Positions 26,701 through 40,100 of a DNA stretch of 64,000 bases are shown here, piece after piece. The stretch comes from Balanoglossus misakiensis (taxonomy: Eukaryota; Animalia; Hemichordata). The notes under the pieces were generated by a model. It ran no database searches. It was not told the DNA's origin and worked only from the letters and a program-made list of their open reading frames with translations. The stretch covers positions 14,546,550 through 14,610,549 of the forward strand of contig CM082579.2 in NCBI GenBank assembly GCA_040954595.2. Direction: 5' to 3'. The position numbers were made by a program, and so were the translations under genes. Every line of letters starts with the position of its first letter. Positions within the stretch are counted from its first letter, which is position 1.

Positions 26701-29700
26701 TAACCAGAGCACACAGTAACCAGGCCGTAGTGGACAGTGTTCTGCCCATTAATTTTGAGTGTTTGGTGGGGTCAACCTTTGCGTCAACATTAACCAGAGC
26801 ACACAGTAACCAGGCCGTAGTGGACAGTGTTCTGCCCATTAATTTTGAGTGTTTGGTGGGGTCAACCTTTGCGTCAACATTAACCAGAGCACACAGTAAC
26901 CAGGCCATAGTGGACAGTGTGCTGCCCATTAATTTTGAGTGTTTGGTGGGGTCAACCTTTGCGTCAACATTAACCAGAGCACACAGTAACCAGGCCATAG
27001 TGGACAGTGTTCTGCCCATTAATTTTGAGTGTTTGGTGGGGTCAACCTTTGCGTCAACATTAACCAGAGCACACATTAACCAGGCCGTAGTGGACAGTGT
27101 TCTGCCCATTAATTTTGAGTGTTTGGTGGGGTCAACCTTTGCGTCAACATTAACCAGAGCACACAGTAACCAGGCCGTAGTGGACAGTGTGCTGCCCATT
27201 AATTTTGAGTGTTTGGTGGGGTCAACCTTTGCGTCAACATTAACCAGAGCACACAGTAACCAGGCCGTAGTGGACAGTGTTCTGCCCATTAATTTTGAGT
27301 GTTTGGTGGGGTCAACCTTTGCGTCAACATTAACCAGAGCACACAGTAACCAGGCCATAGTGGACAGTGTGCTGCCCATTAATTTTGAGTGTTTGGTGGG
27401 GTCAACCTTTGCGTCAACATTAACCAGAGCACAGAGTAACCAGGCCATAGTGGACAGTGTTCTGCCTATTAATTTTGAGTGTTTGGTGGGGTCAACCTTT
27501 GCGTCAACATTAACTAGGCCAGAGTGGCCAGTATCGTGCCCATTAATTTTGAGTGTTTGGTGGGGTCAACCTTTGCGTCAACATTAACTAGGCCAGAGTG
27601 GCCAGTATCGTGCCCATTAATTTTGAGTGTTTGGTGGGGTCAACCTTTGCGTCAGCATTAACTAGGCCAGAGTGGCCAGTATCGTGCCCATTAATGTTGA
27701 GTGTTTGGTGGGGTCAACCTTTGCGTCAACATTAACTAGGCCAGAGTGGCCAGTATCGTGCCCATTAATTTTGAGTGTTTGGTGGGGGTCAACCTTTGCG
27801 TCAACATTAACCAGAGCACACAGTAACCAGGCCGTAGTGGACAGTGTTCTGCCCGTTAATTTTGAGTGTTTGGTGGGGTCAACCTTTGCGTCAACATTAA
27901 CCAGAGCACACAGTAACCAGGCCATAGTGGACAGTGTGCTGCCCATTAATTTTGAGTGTTTGGTGGGGTCAACCTTTGCGTCAACATTAACCAGAGCACA
28001 CAGTAACCAGGCCGTAGTGGACAGTGTTCTGCCCATTAATTTTGAGTGTTTGGTGGGGTCAACCTTTGCGTCAACATTAACCAGAGCACACAGTAACCAG
28101 GCCGTAGTGGACAGTGTTCTGCCCATTAATTTTGAGTGTTTGGTGGGGTCAACCTTTGCGTCAACATTAACCAGAGCACACAGTAACCAGGCCGTAGTGG
28201 ACAGTGTTCTGCCCATTAATTTTGAGTGTTTGGTGGGGTCAACCTTTGCGTCAACATTAACCAGAGCACACAGTAACCAGGCCGTAGTGGACAGTGTTCT
28301 GCCCATTAATTTTGAGTGTTTGGTGGGGTCAACCTTTGCGTCAACATTAACCAGAGCACACAGTAACCAGGCCATAGTGGACAGTGTGCTGCCCATTAAT
28401 TTTGAGTGTTTGGTGGGGTCAACCTTTGCATCAACATTAACCAGAGCACACAGTAACCAGGCCATAGTGGACAGTGTTCTGCCCATTAATTTTGAGTGTT
28501 TGGTGGGGTCAACCTTTGCGTCAACATTAACCAGAGCACACAGTAACCAGGCCATAGTGGACAGTATGCTGCCCATTGATTTTGAGTGTTTGGTGGCGTC
28601 AACCTTTGCGTCAACATTAACCAGAGCACACAATAACCAGGCCGTAGTGGACAGTGTTCTGCCCATTAATTTTGAGTGTTTGGTGGGGTCAACCTTTGCG
28701 TCAACATTAACCAGAGCACACAGTAACCAGGCCATAGTGGACAGTGTTCTGCCCATTAATTTTGAGTGTTTGGTGGGGTCAACCTTTGCGTCAACATTAA
28801 CCAGAGCACACAGTAACCAGGCCGTAGTGGACAGTGTGCTGCCCATTAATTTTGAGTGTTTGGTGGGGTCAACCTTTGCGTCAACATTAACTAGGCCAGA
28901 GTGGCCAGTATCGTGCCCATTAATTTTGAGTGTTTCGTGGGGGTCAACCTTTGCGTCAACATTAACTAGGCCAGAGTGGCCAGTATCGTGACCATTAATT
29001 TTGAGTGTTTGGTGGGGGTCAACCTTTGCGTCAACATTAACTAGGCCAGAGTGGCCAGTATCCTGCCCATTAATTTTGAGTGTTTGGTGGGGTCAACCTT
29101 TGCATCAACATTAACCAGAGCACACAGTAACCAGGCCATAGTGGACAGTGTTCTGCCCATTAATTTTGAGTGTTTGGTGGGGTCAACCTTTGCATCAACA
29201 TTAACCAGAGCACACAGTAACCAGGCCGTAGTGGACAGTGTGCTGCCCATTAATTTTGAGTGTTTGGTGGCGTCAACCTTTGCGTCAACATTAACTAGGC
29301 CAGAGTGGCCAGTATCGTGCCCATTAATTTTGAGTGTTTGGTGGGGGTCAACCTTTGCGTCAACATTAACTAGGCCAGAGTGGCCAGTATCCTGCCCATT
29401 AATTTTGAGTGTTTGGTGGGGTCAACCTTTGCATCAACATTAACCAGAGCACACAGTAACCAGGCCATAGTGGACAGTGTTCTGCCCATTAATTTTGAGT
29501 GTTTGGTGGGGTCAACCTTTGCATCAACATTAACCAGAGCACACAGTAACCAGGCCGTAGTGGACAGTGTGCTGCCCATTAATTTTGAGTGTTTGGTGGG
29601 GTCAACCTTTGCGTCAACATTAACCAGAGCACACAGTAACCAGGCCATAGTGGACAGTATGCTGCCCATTGATTTTGAGTGTTTGGTGGGGTCAACCTTT

Positions 29701-29933
29701 GCGTCAACATTAACTAGGCCAGAGTGGCCAGTATCGTGCCCATTAATTTTGAGTGTTTGGTGGGGGTCAACCTTTGCGTCAACATTAACTAGGCCAGAGT
29801 GGCCAGTATGCTGCCTATTAATTTTGAGTGCTTGGTGGGGTCAACCTTTGCGTCAACATTAAGCAGGCCAGACAGTAACCAGGCCAGAGTGGACAGTATC
29901 CTGCCTATTAATTTTGAGTGATTTGTGGGTCAA
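17796..29933. repeat. ~12.1-kb satellite array, 90-bp monomer with 74/75-bp variant
   Basis: Monomer ACATTAACCAGAGCACACAGTAACCAGGCCRTAGTGGACAGTGTKCTGCCCATTAATTTTGAGTGTTTGGTGGGGTCAACCTTTGCGTCA. The short variant lacks 16 bp (ACATTAACTAGGCCAGAGTGGCCAGTATC...). Roughly 135-140 units, estimated from length. Confidence 0.99.
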
Positions 29934-30877
29934 TTTGATCAAATACTGCCTACCGCTGGCGCTGCATATTTGAAGAAATGTGAAAAGATGGCAAGACAGG
30001 TTTGGTAAATGTGGGCCCCCTAACTGAAGCAAAAGCACAAACTTAAAACAAAGATATGAATTTGGAAGAGTTTTATTTATTACATATGAAAAATAATGAA
30101 GACTTATGCTTCAAAGTAAGTATCGACGGAGTCGAACCGCCAATGCTGCAATGGCATTATACCCATAATACTTTTTTGCTTTTTGCATGAATTTCATTAT
30201 TTTTCATATGCTGTGCAGCTAAAGTGTGGCTAGATGGCTAACTGCTGATGTAAAATATCTTGCATACCAATTTGGAACAATTACCCCAAGTAGTGGTCAA
30301 ACAGAAACAATGCTTGCATTCAATTTAAAACAAGGTGACAAAAGTGGTTGAAATGAAACAATAAGCAAAAACAGTGTTTATCAAACTGAAATAATGTGGT
30401 CGAAATGAAACAATGAGCAAAAACAGTGTTTATCAAACTGAAATAATGTGCCAAAATAGCTCCTGTTGATATTGCACAAAATTAACTGTTGCATTCTACC
30501 CTTGAGTTAATTTTTATTTCCAGGCAATTATGTGCTTAATACTAAATATTATCTATGGGTACAAACCATCAGTTTCTTAAGTGCAAATCGCAAGAAGCTC
30601 CCCCATACAATTTTAGTGTTTTTTTAAATCAAGCAAGATAATTACATACTGTGTGATAAACTAACTAACTTTACGCGCCTGGGGACAGTTAAAAACCTCG
30701 AGCCAAATATAAAATGAGGAAAAACTGCCCCCTCCCCCGTTGTGAATTTTAAAAGGTTGGGGCTCAAACTAACCAGAATTGTCTTGCCGACTCCTATTTT
30801 TCTGTGTACATTTTGATGTATTGTTGTTACGCGAGATTGAGGATTCGTGTTGATGCGGGAATTACGATGACGAAAGC

Positions 30878-31070
30878 AAAAAATCCATCGGCGAATCAAA
30901 CGGGCACACGGCGAAATTCCATTACACGACGATCCAACTGCGATGAAGAACGCGAACGCGGGTAACGTTGTAAAAAATCCATCGGCGAATCAAACGGGCA
31001 CACGGCGAAATTCCATTACATGACGAGCGACCTGCAATGAAGAACGCGAACGCGGGTAACGCTGCAAAAA
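30878..31070. repeat. Tandem duplication of a ~94-bp unit (2 copies)
   Basis: AAAAAATCCATCGGCGAATCAAACGGGCACACGGCGAAATTCCATTACA...GAAGAACGCGAACGCGGGTAACG occurs twice in tandem. Confidence 0.9.
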
Positions 31071-31499
31071 ATCCGCAGACAATTATTACACGAATGCATA
31101 GCAACAATTATTTTACCCAACCTGACACTAATAAATTACCCAATGATTTTAAATTTCTTATTATTACACCCCAACTAATCATTATACCTTTGTAATATTA
31201 ACACCGTTTATACACATCCCATAATGTTTATACCATCAAGTTAATACCATTTTATTATTATTATACCACCAAAACCATGTGTTACCCATTTTTTTTATTA
31301 TTACACCATTGATGTTAACACCTTTATATATTATACCGGTATTTACCCTCTGTACATGTACAGTTTTTATTTACCACGTGGCATTACTCATGTTTTTATA
31401 GTATTTTAATTACTTATCATACCCTTGAAACCATAATATTATACCCTTGCAGACAGTTTTATTATAGTACCCTTGTGCACAATGTCTTATTAGTCATCA

Positions 31500-31675
31500 T
31501 ACACCAACCCTTCACCATTTCATTAGATTATACCATTTTTATTAGCCTAACCTGTTTATACACCAACCCTTCACCATTCCGTTAGATTATACCATTTTTT
31601 ATTACCCTAACATATTCATACACCAACCCTTTACCATTCCCTCAGATTAAACCATTTTTATTAGCCTAACCTATT
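31500..31675. repeat. ~60-bp tandem repeat (3 copies)
   Basis: ACACCAACCCTTCACCATT...AGATTATACCATTTTT..TTAGCCTAAC at about 31501, 31560 and 31620. Confidence 0.9.
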
Positions 31676-31857
31676 GACAGCATCCCTCTGGTTTTGATAT
31701 TGTTATCTGGTGCGGCGTTGTTGTAGATATTGATTAGACTCCCTCCGGCGATGATAATACCAATGAACCTATTGAAAAAAAAGAATGAATATTATTAATT
31801 AGATCAGATCAACAAATCATAGCGTCGTTCATCCCTCTGGTCACAGGAGCATCATCT

Positions 31858-32522
31858 GGCGTCGTTACAGGTTTAAGTTCATCCCTCCAGTACAGTATAA
31901 GGTGGCGGCGTCGTTACAAGTATTAAGTTCATCTCTCCAGTACAGTATTAGGTGGCGGCGTCGTTACAAGTATTAACTTCATCTCTCCAGTACAGTATTA
32001 GGTGGCGGCGTCGTTACAAGTTTAAGTTCATCCCTCCAGTACAGTATTAGGTGGCGGCGTCGTTACAAGTATTAACTTCATCTCTCCAGTACAGTATTAG
32101 GTGGCGGCGTCGTTACAAGTATTAACTTCATCTCTCCAGTACAGTATTAGGTGGCGGCGTCGTTACAAGTATTAACTTCATCTCTCCAGTACAGTATTAG
32201 GTGGCGGCGTCGTTACAAGTATTAACTTCATCTCTCCAGTACAGTATTAGGTGGCGGCGTCGTTACAAGTATTAACTTCATCTCTCCAGTACAGTATTAG
32301 GTGGCGGCGTCGTTACAAGTATTAACTTCATCTCTCCAGTACAGTATTAGGTGGCGTCGTCGTTACAAGTATTAACTTCATCTCTCCAGTACAGTATTAG
32401 GTGGCGGCGTCGTTACAAGTATTAACTTCATCTCTCCAGTACAGTATTAGGTGGCGGCGTCGTTACAAGTTTAAGTTCATACCTCCAGTACAGTATTAGG
32501 TGGCGACGTCGTTACAAATATT
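31858..32522. repeat. 50-bp minisatellite (~13 copies)
   Basis: CATCTCTCCAGTACAGTATTAGGTGGCGGCGTCGTTACAAGTATTAACTT repeats with period 50 (for example 32101, 32151). Confidence 0.97.
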
Positions 32523-34296
32523 ACACTCCCTCCAGCAGCAGTGTTACCAAAGAACCTAATGTAAAAAAAGAATGAAATTATTTTAATAATCTGATTAGGT
32601 CAAGTCATCATATTGATAAAGAAAACGACAAGAAGAAATCATTTAAAAATTAACGCTGCCAGCACCATTGGTTGGGCCCAAACGGTTCCCATGGTTACCA
32701 GGGTATGCCAAGGCTGTATTCTGCTGTGAATACCAAGATATATGAAAGCTGGTCAAAGGTTACCCCAGGGTCATTGAAAATCGCAAAAAATAGCGTCAAG
32801 GACACTGTGGTCTCATTTAGTGATTACACTAGAAAAAGTCTACACAGGAGTACAGACAGACAGACACACACATAGAGAGGCAATAAAATATGATGCCCCC
32901 CCCCCAGCCCCGAAAACATCTTGATCTTATGTATGCTGGCCTGGTCAGGCAAGGCAAAGGGGGGGTAATTACGGCGGTGACATCAAAGAGATCTATTTGA
33001 ATGTGAACGTCACTGAGTGGCAGTTACGGCCGGTTGGAAAAATTTTCAAACGGAGATTTTCGGTACTTCAAGTGATCGTAGTGCATCCATTTTTCTAAGA
33101 CGTGTATGAAACACCACAGTCAATGATAGGATGATTTTTCGTGAAGTTTTAACGACGCGTTCCCGAGAAAGACAGTTTCGGTATGTTGGTTTAAATTGTG
33201 GTCCCTGACTCACGGAAAAGATTTCTTGTCTTGAAAAAAATTGGGTAGGTTAGGAAGATATTGAACTAAGTTACCGTGAATTTATAATAGTGTGAGCCGC
33301 TCCGTTGTGGAGTAATGACGGTGTAAAAATTGCCTTCGCCATCGACGAGTACAGCCGTGTTTGCCATATGTGTATGCATTGAAGTAGGTCAACGCATGTT
33401 AACCCATGACGTAATGGCTTCCTTTTCAACGCGTCGTTAACTCTCATTAGCATATTACATACGGAGTCTATACACTATTCACGCTGACTGACTTCTCAGG
33501 ACTGACCTATGGCACTGTAAATTGTGGTCCTTGACCCACGGCATGGATATATTCATGTCAAAATTATGAATAGAGGAGTTTAATAATGTTTCTAAAACCT
33601 GAGGGGGTTAATTTTTGTGTGGGTATGGCAGATATTTTTTTTTGATTTTTTAACTTCAAGGTCACTTTGAATTTCGTGATCACAATTTTGTAAGTGGAAT
33701 TAAAGAAATTCTTCTCGATAAAACTTCATGAAAAATCACATGTAGTACATTCATAGTACCAGTAATGTGCCTGGGGTGAAATAATTGTCAGAAATGGGTT
33801 GCAAGTTACTGAACTTTCGTTCTGAAAAAAAGTTGAAAAACTGTATGCAAATGAGGAATTCAAACGTTACTGGCCAGTTCAAGTGTTTGCATTGCATAAT
33901 CCCCTGCTGTTTAATTACCCCCCCTTTGCCCTGCCTGTGGTACAATAGACAAACCAGCCAATTAATGAAAATTTTGTACAAATACAGAGCTCAAAGTTGC
34001 ATTTTAGTGAGCCCAAAAGCAAATTAACTCAATGTTATGACAAATTTTACTTTTGCCACTCAAAGTTTGCATCGGTGGGGTGGGATGGCAAGTACTCTTC
34101 CCTGATACAATAGACAAACCAGCCAATAAATGAAATGAGGTGAAGAATGAAGGTGAAGAATGAATAACTTTATTTGATTCCATTATCTAAACAAACACAT
34201 CCAATTAACTTCCTACTCAAATTTCAAAGTAATCAGTCATAGGTTTTGTAAATCATCATGAGAAATCACCCTGAAACCAAATCAAATCAAAAATCA

Positions 34297-34592
34297 TATA
34301 AGCCTAGTCGGGCTCTGCGCTCCAGCTCAAGGAACCAGTTGTGTGTACCAAAGTACAGACTCAAAACATATGGTGGATGTGCCTTTTCCCTTGTCGCGCC
34401 ACAACTTTGGAATTCTCTGCCATCTGACATTCAACAGGCTTCTAGTCTCAACATTTTCAAACAAAAACTCAAGACATTTCTATTTGTCAAAGCCTACGAA
34501 CACTGATGTTATACTTTCAGCGCCTTTGGAAATAACATTGTTATTGATTCTGGCGCTTTATAAATGTTTGTTTTGATTTGATTTGATTTGAT
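34297..34592 (+). mobile_element. L2-like LINE 3' end fragment
   Basis: YKPSRALRSS...PKYRLKTYGGCAFSLVAPQLWNSLPSDIQQASSLNIFKQKLKTFLF followed by a (TTTGA)n tail. Confidence 0.85.
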
Positions 34593-36423
34593 CCCCCAAA
34601 AATATACTATTCAATTCATCAAGTTGATTTGAAAAACATACATGCAAATCTTACTTGAGCTACCCCTAACATGACTAACAAATTTTAAAGCAATGGAACA
34701 AGCGGTTTTAGAGAAAAAAAATTAATTAAACAAGGCTGAAATTGCTCCAAAATTATCAATATGCAAATTTTGCAACATTTCAACAAAAGTATTGTAACTC
34801 ATATCACCTACATGAAGCTTCATACTAAATTTTGTTACCACAAATGAGGAAAAAGGCAAAAAATGCATAAAATAGAACATTCAAACTATTAGTTAAAAAA
34901 ATACAGGATTGTATGTGGTTGACATAAGGTACTTGCATACCAATTGTCAAATCAATCTGTATATTATCATGAGAACAAACCCTGAAACCTTCAAATCAAA
35001 TTTCAAAGCAGTGGGGGTAAAGGGGGCACAGTACGATATTTTACCCACAACTCTCCATGATTTGTATCATCGAGATTGTCCATTTAATTACTTTCTGTTT
35101 TAGATACTAACAATGATATGAAGTACATATAACTGTATTAAGATTTATCTAGAAAAAGTATGTTGAGGAATTAGAGTGAAAATTTCAAAATCAAGATTTA
35201 AAAGCCATAGAAATCAAAGTATTCATTCATGTACGTCAAATGTCACACTTAGGAGGAAAGAAGCAATGACTAACTGAGGTGGCCAGTCTCTGTTGAAAGT
35301 TAACATGTAAATTTCCATTGTTCTGTCTATAGAAAAAAATCAATATTGTTTTGTTTGATTAAACAAGTGTTTCAAGTGTCCCTGTTTTACTTCAAACTTT
35401 TTTGTATCGGCTGGCTATGCAATTGCTTATTTTATAAAATTTGTATCTCCTCTTTCAATAATGCATGATTTTGTTTATCATTTGAAATGGTAATTGACAA
35501 TAAGATTCGCCTTTAAAGCATGCTCTCAAAATTTGTATTAGTGGTCTACAATTTTCTCTACACATGTGAACTTTGCCTGGTTTGACCGAGTAATCTCTGG
35601 TTGTACAAACCAGAGTGATTCATGGGATATTTCACGTACTGTGGGGGGTTCTGAGAAGAGTTTTGACCGAAAATGGCAAAAATCATCCCAAAAATATACT
35701 ATTCAATTCATCAAGTTGATTTGAAAAACATACATGCAAATCTTACTTGGGCTACCCCTAATATGACTAACAAATTTCAAAGCAATGTAACAACCGGTTT
35801 AAAAAAAAAATTCAAAAACGCCCGAAATTGCTCCAAAATTATGAATATGCAAATTTTGCAACATTTTAACAAAAGTATGCTAACTCATATCACCTATATG
35901 AAGCTTCATACTAAATTTCAAAGAAGTCGTCTCATCAATTTTAGAAAAGTAGATGTTTTACCAAAAATGAGGAAAAAGGCAAAAAATGCATAAAAATAGA
36001 ACATTCAAACTATTCAAAATACAGGACTGTATGTGGTTGACATAAGGTACTTGCATACCAATTGTCAAATCAATCTGACCAGTGGTTTTGACCAATTTCA
36101 AATTTTCCCAGCTAATTTGCATTTATTTAACAATTTCAACTGAATATGGCTGCCAGGTCAAATGACTGATTTGAATTTCAAGGTGCACACTCATTGGCAA
36201 GGACAACTGTGACAAATTCAAGAAGCATAGGTGTGGCAGGTTTTCAGAGCAAGGTGTAAAAAATATCCAGGGAATGGGGCCCAAGCTCCTAAAAACCCAG
36301 CACAATACCAATAGGGACTCATATTACTAACAAAGTGTAAGCCTGTAATAAGTCAAAAGCTGCACATCTTTTTACCACCTCGTGCCAGTACTAAGCAATA
36401 AGACTTTTTATAGAGTTGTTTAA

Positions 36424-37156
36424 GGTGGCACTGCATGAAACCGTCGAGACTTTTTCAGAGGCCTATTTCTCATCAAAGACAAAGTTTAAACCCCCATAAA
36501 CCATATATATTCTGGAAGGTGAGATTTTGAACTTTTGTTTGAGTTGCAAATATTATTGATCCCCGGAAATGGTGGCGATTTTGGGCGAAAAAACCCATTT
36601 TTTGATATTATGTCATGAAATTTAAAATAGGTAAAAAAGTTGACCATGCATCATGCATCTTAATATGTCATTCGAAACTAAAGTACACGTGCAAAAAAAA
36701 GCTAATTTTGTTTTGCGTTATCTGCTTCCATTGAGGAGTAACAGCGTTTGAAAGTTAGATTTTCTGAAAATTTGATCAAATTCACGGTGAGTTGTATTGA
36801 ATCAGAGTTTATTCCCGCTAGGGACACTTTATCGACATACAAAACTAGAGTTTTGTTGGATGGGTCATACACAATTCCCTGTTAAAATTTGAGCAAATTC
36901 GGCCAATGCAGGGCGAAGCTATTTTAGTTCGAAGTTGTCAAAAGCAGCGAAAATGCAAACCGAGAAAAACGGCCATTTGCATTGTTGACACCTATTTGTT
37001 AAGCTGTGAACTCATTCAGAAAAGTGCTATTTGGGGGTGATTGTGCACCATTTCCGCCAAGACGTATTAGTCAGGATGTGGGTGAGTATTAGGCCTACCG
37101 ATTTATGTAAAAAAGTAAAATTTGGCAAAAATCACAACTTTTCATGCAATGCCACC
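36424..37156. mobile_element. Kolobok-like non-autonomous element with TTAA target duplication
   Basis: TTAA|GGTGGCACTGCATGAAA ... TTTCATGCAATGCCACC|TTAA. Confidence 0.85.
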
Positions 37157-40100
37157 TTAATTGTCTCTGCTGATGCCAGAGATTGAAAAAGAATCCTACA
37201 AGTTAGGATTTTCAGAAACAATGATAGCTATTTCTATTACTGTTTGTAAACAAAAATGTGATGTTCACCGCCTTGTTTTCAGAAAAGTATTTACATAAAT
37301 GTTTTTCCATAGAGTTAACACAGACATTGGCAGCCATCTTGAATTTCAAAAACTGCAACAATATCTCCAATGCAACAAATCTGCAAATTGTACTATTTGA
37401 CACCTGACTTAGGTCAAGGGGTTTCAGAGATGATGACTACTCTTCAGACTTAGACAAAATAATAATGCAATATTCAGCGGAATTTCAAAAGCATTGACTA
37501 AGATCACCAAGGGACAATTCATACCAAAGATCAAAACAATTAGACGTACCTATTTTAAAGATCATTATGAAAACTTTACAGATTCGGTTATAATGTAAAT
37601 AAAAGTAGATCACCCCTGTGGACATGGCAATCAGACATGCATATTCTGACAAGATTTTTTGTTTGTACAAAAAGGCAACTGTCTCCAAAATACAAAATTA
37701 CAGATTATGTCACATACCTCAGGGAGATCAATACTAAATTTCAGAGAAAATTTCCCCCCAAATATGCAAATTTCACCATATTTTGAAGAAACAACTTGTG
37801 TCATACCTAGAAACCTGCATAGTCAAAGTAATCTACGAGCTTAGCTTTTTTCTTCCAAAAACAGCAAAAAACTTGTTCCAAACTACAAATATGCAGAATT
37901 CAACACAATTTGAACACACATTACTTCGCCACCCCAAGAAACCTGCACACCAATTTTAAAAGCACTTGCGCCAGTGATTTCAGAAAAGAAAAATGTTGAC
38001 AGACATAGGATGACTGAACATCTATCTACCTGTCAGATAACTTTTGCAGTGCTGAGAGCAGAGCTAGAGATTGGTGTTGTCTTTTTACATTTTAAATCAT
38101 CACACTTTGCTACTCAAAGCTACTATTCTGCTATGCTTGAGAAATGACTTGGGACCATTTTTGGCAAACAATAGTCACTAATCTTCCTCAGTTTATAGTA
38201 CAATGTACCGACACTGTTTTAGTAATGTACTGAAAATGTTCAGACTATTTCTTGTGTCTGCATATGTCTTTAGTACAGAAGAATAATCTATCCGGTTGTC
38301 ATTTCTCTGTTTATTCAGAAATAAACTAGTCTGGGTTGCAACAGTAAAAATTTTAAAATATTCATACCCTTTCTGAAGGATGTTCAAAACCAATACCTAT
38401 GTGAAGCATTATATCAAATTTGCTGGGTAACTGTGGATTTATAACTTTTGCTAATTACAGTGCTAACTCACACTGGATGATTCGACGGTAATTTTAGATT
38501 CATATGAAGATTTTTTACCAATAATGTTGAAAAATACAAACAAATGCATCAAAAATAGAAAATCAAAATTAGCTCAAAACATACAGGACTGTATGAGGTA
38601 GGCATAAGGTACTTGCATACCAATTTCCAAATCAATCTGACCAGCAGTTGTTGAATTTTGCGAGTTTTGACCAATTTCACATTTTCCAGCTAATTTGCAT
38701 ATATTTGGTAATGACATTTTCATGTTAACAAACTCCAATCTACAGCCCAGCCTGCATCTGCACACCAAATATCGAGGTGATATGCACAACGGTTTTCAAG
38801 TTTTAGATGTGGACGGACATACAGACATACATCCATACAAACAGACAGACATACTGTAAAACACTTTATTTTCGCGAGCAATTAATTTTCGCCAAATACG
38901 CGAGAGCCAAAATAACGTGAAAATAAAAAGTCGCGTAAATTGTTTTTGAAGATAACGATGCAGTGAATGAAATAAGAGAACGCGAAAATTAATACTCGCG
39001 AAACAGTGGCCTCTCTCGATATCGCGAAAAATTTAACTCGCGAAAATACAGTACATCCATACATAAATACAGACGCAACTGATTCCATAAGGCCCATGGT
39101 ACATACCATATGGGACCTAAAAACTGCAGAAGCTACACAAAACATTAATACTGAAAACATGGCAAACAGTTGTTGCTAACGGGGTTTTAAATCTCCCTTA
39201 TATATATTTTTAAACTCCCAATTTATGATTATTGACTGTTTGATTGATTAGTTGTTGCACAAATGATAGTATTATCAAAGTAAATAATATCTGTGAGAAA
39301 TTTCTTTTCATATTTATTTGAATATGGATAGGGTAAGATGGGGGTTAAACAAAACTACATTTGTTCAAAAGTGGCAAAAACACAAATATGCAAAAATCAC
39401 TATAATTGTACACCATCTTACTTAAATCACTACAAGGAACATTCCTGTCAAAGTTCAAAGCAATCTGACAAGCGCTTTCAGACACAGCGAATTTGATAAC
39501 CATCTACAAATATATTTTTATTTTTTAAACAATTCTTTTACAACACCTTACTTGGGTTACCCCCCTAGGAATCTGCATTCTGAGCAAAAATTACAAAATT
39601 GCTCAAAATTATAAATATACCAATTTCACAACAATTTGCAATTTGAACAAAAACTATGGCTTTCAGAAAGGAAGATTTTTCTTTACCAATAATGCAGTAA
39701 AAGACAAAACAATAAAAATAGAAAATTCATAATATTAGCTCAAAACAAAACATACAGGACTGTATGGCATTTATTGACATTTATAAGAATATGGACAGGG
39801 TATGATAGGGGGGGGGGAATTATAAATTCCAAGGGGGTCATCAATTTTTTGTCATAGCTTTTTGGGGCCATAGAAAAAATAACCTAAAAAGTAGGAAATC
39901 CTACGTCCCCCTAAGCTTTCATTCTGGCCAACAACTTTTTATGAAGGCTTCTGCAGTTGTTAAAAACAGATTGCCTGCTATGTTAGACTATCAATCTATA
40001 GAGGGGATGAAAAATGTCCTTTTGTCAAGTGTCTGGATTTTGATAACTTCAACAGGTAAAAATATATTTGTAGATGTTTATCAAATTCGCTATGTCTGAA

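Noticed and set aside
17650-29862. Long ORFs (up to 705 aa) on both strands with 30-aa repeats
   Set aside because: They follow from a 90-bp monomer lacking stops in one frame per strand. The frames break at 74-bp and 91-bp variants, and there is no domain or splice support.
30120-30165. B-box-like GGTTCGACTCC on the minus strand (tRNA or SINE)
   Set aside because: No cloverleaf or A-box could be built around it.
17796-32522. CRISPR-like reading of the tandem arrays
   Set aside because: Units repeat head-to-tail without unique spacers, there are no cas genes, and the context is eukaryotic.
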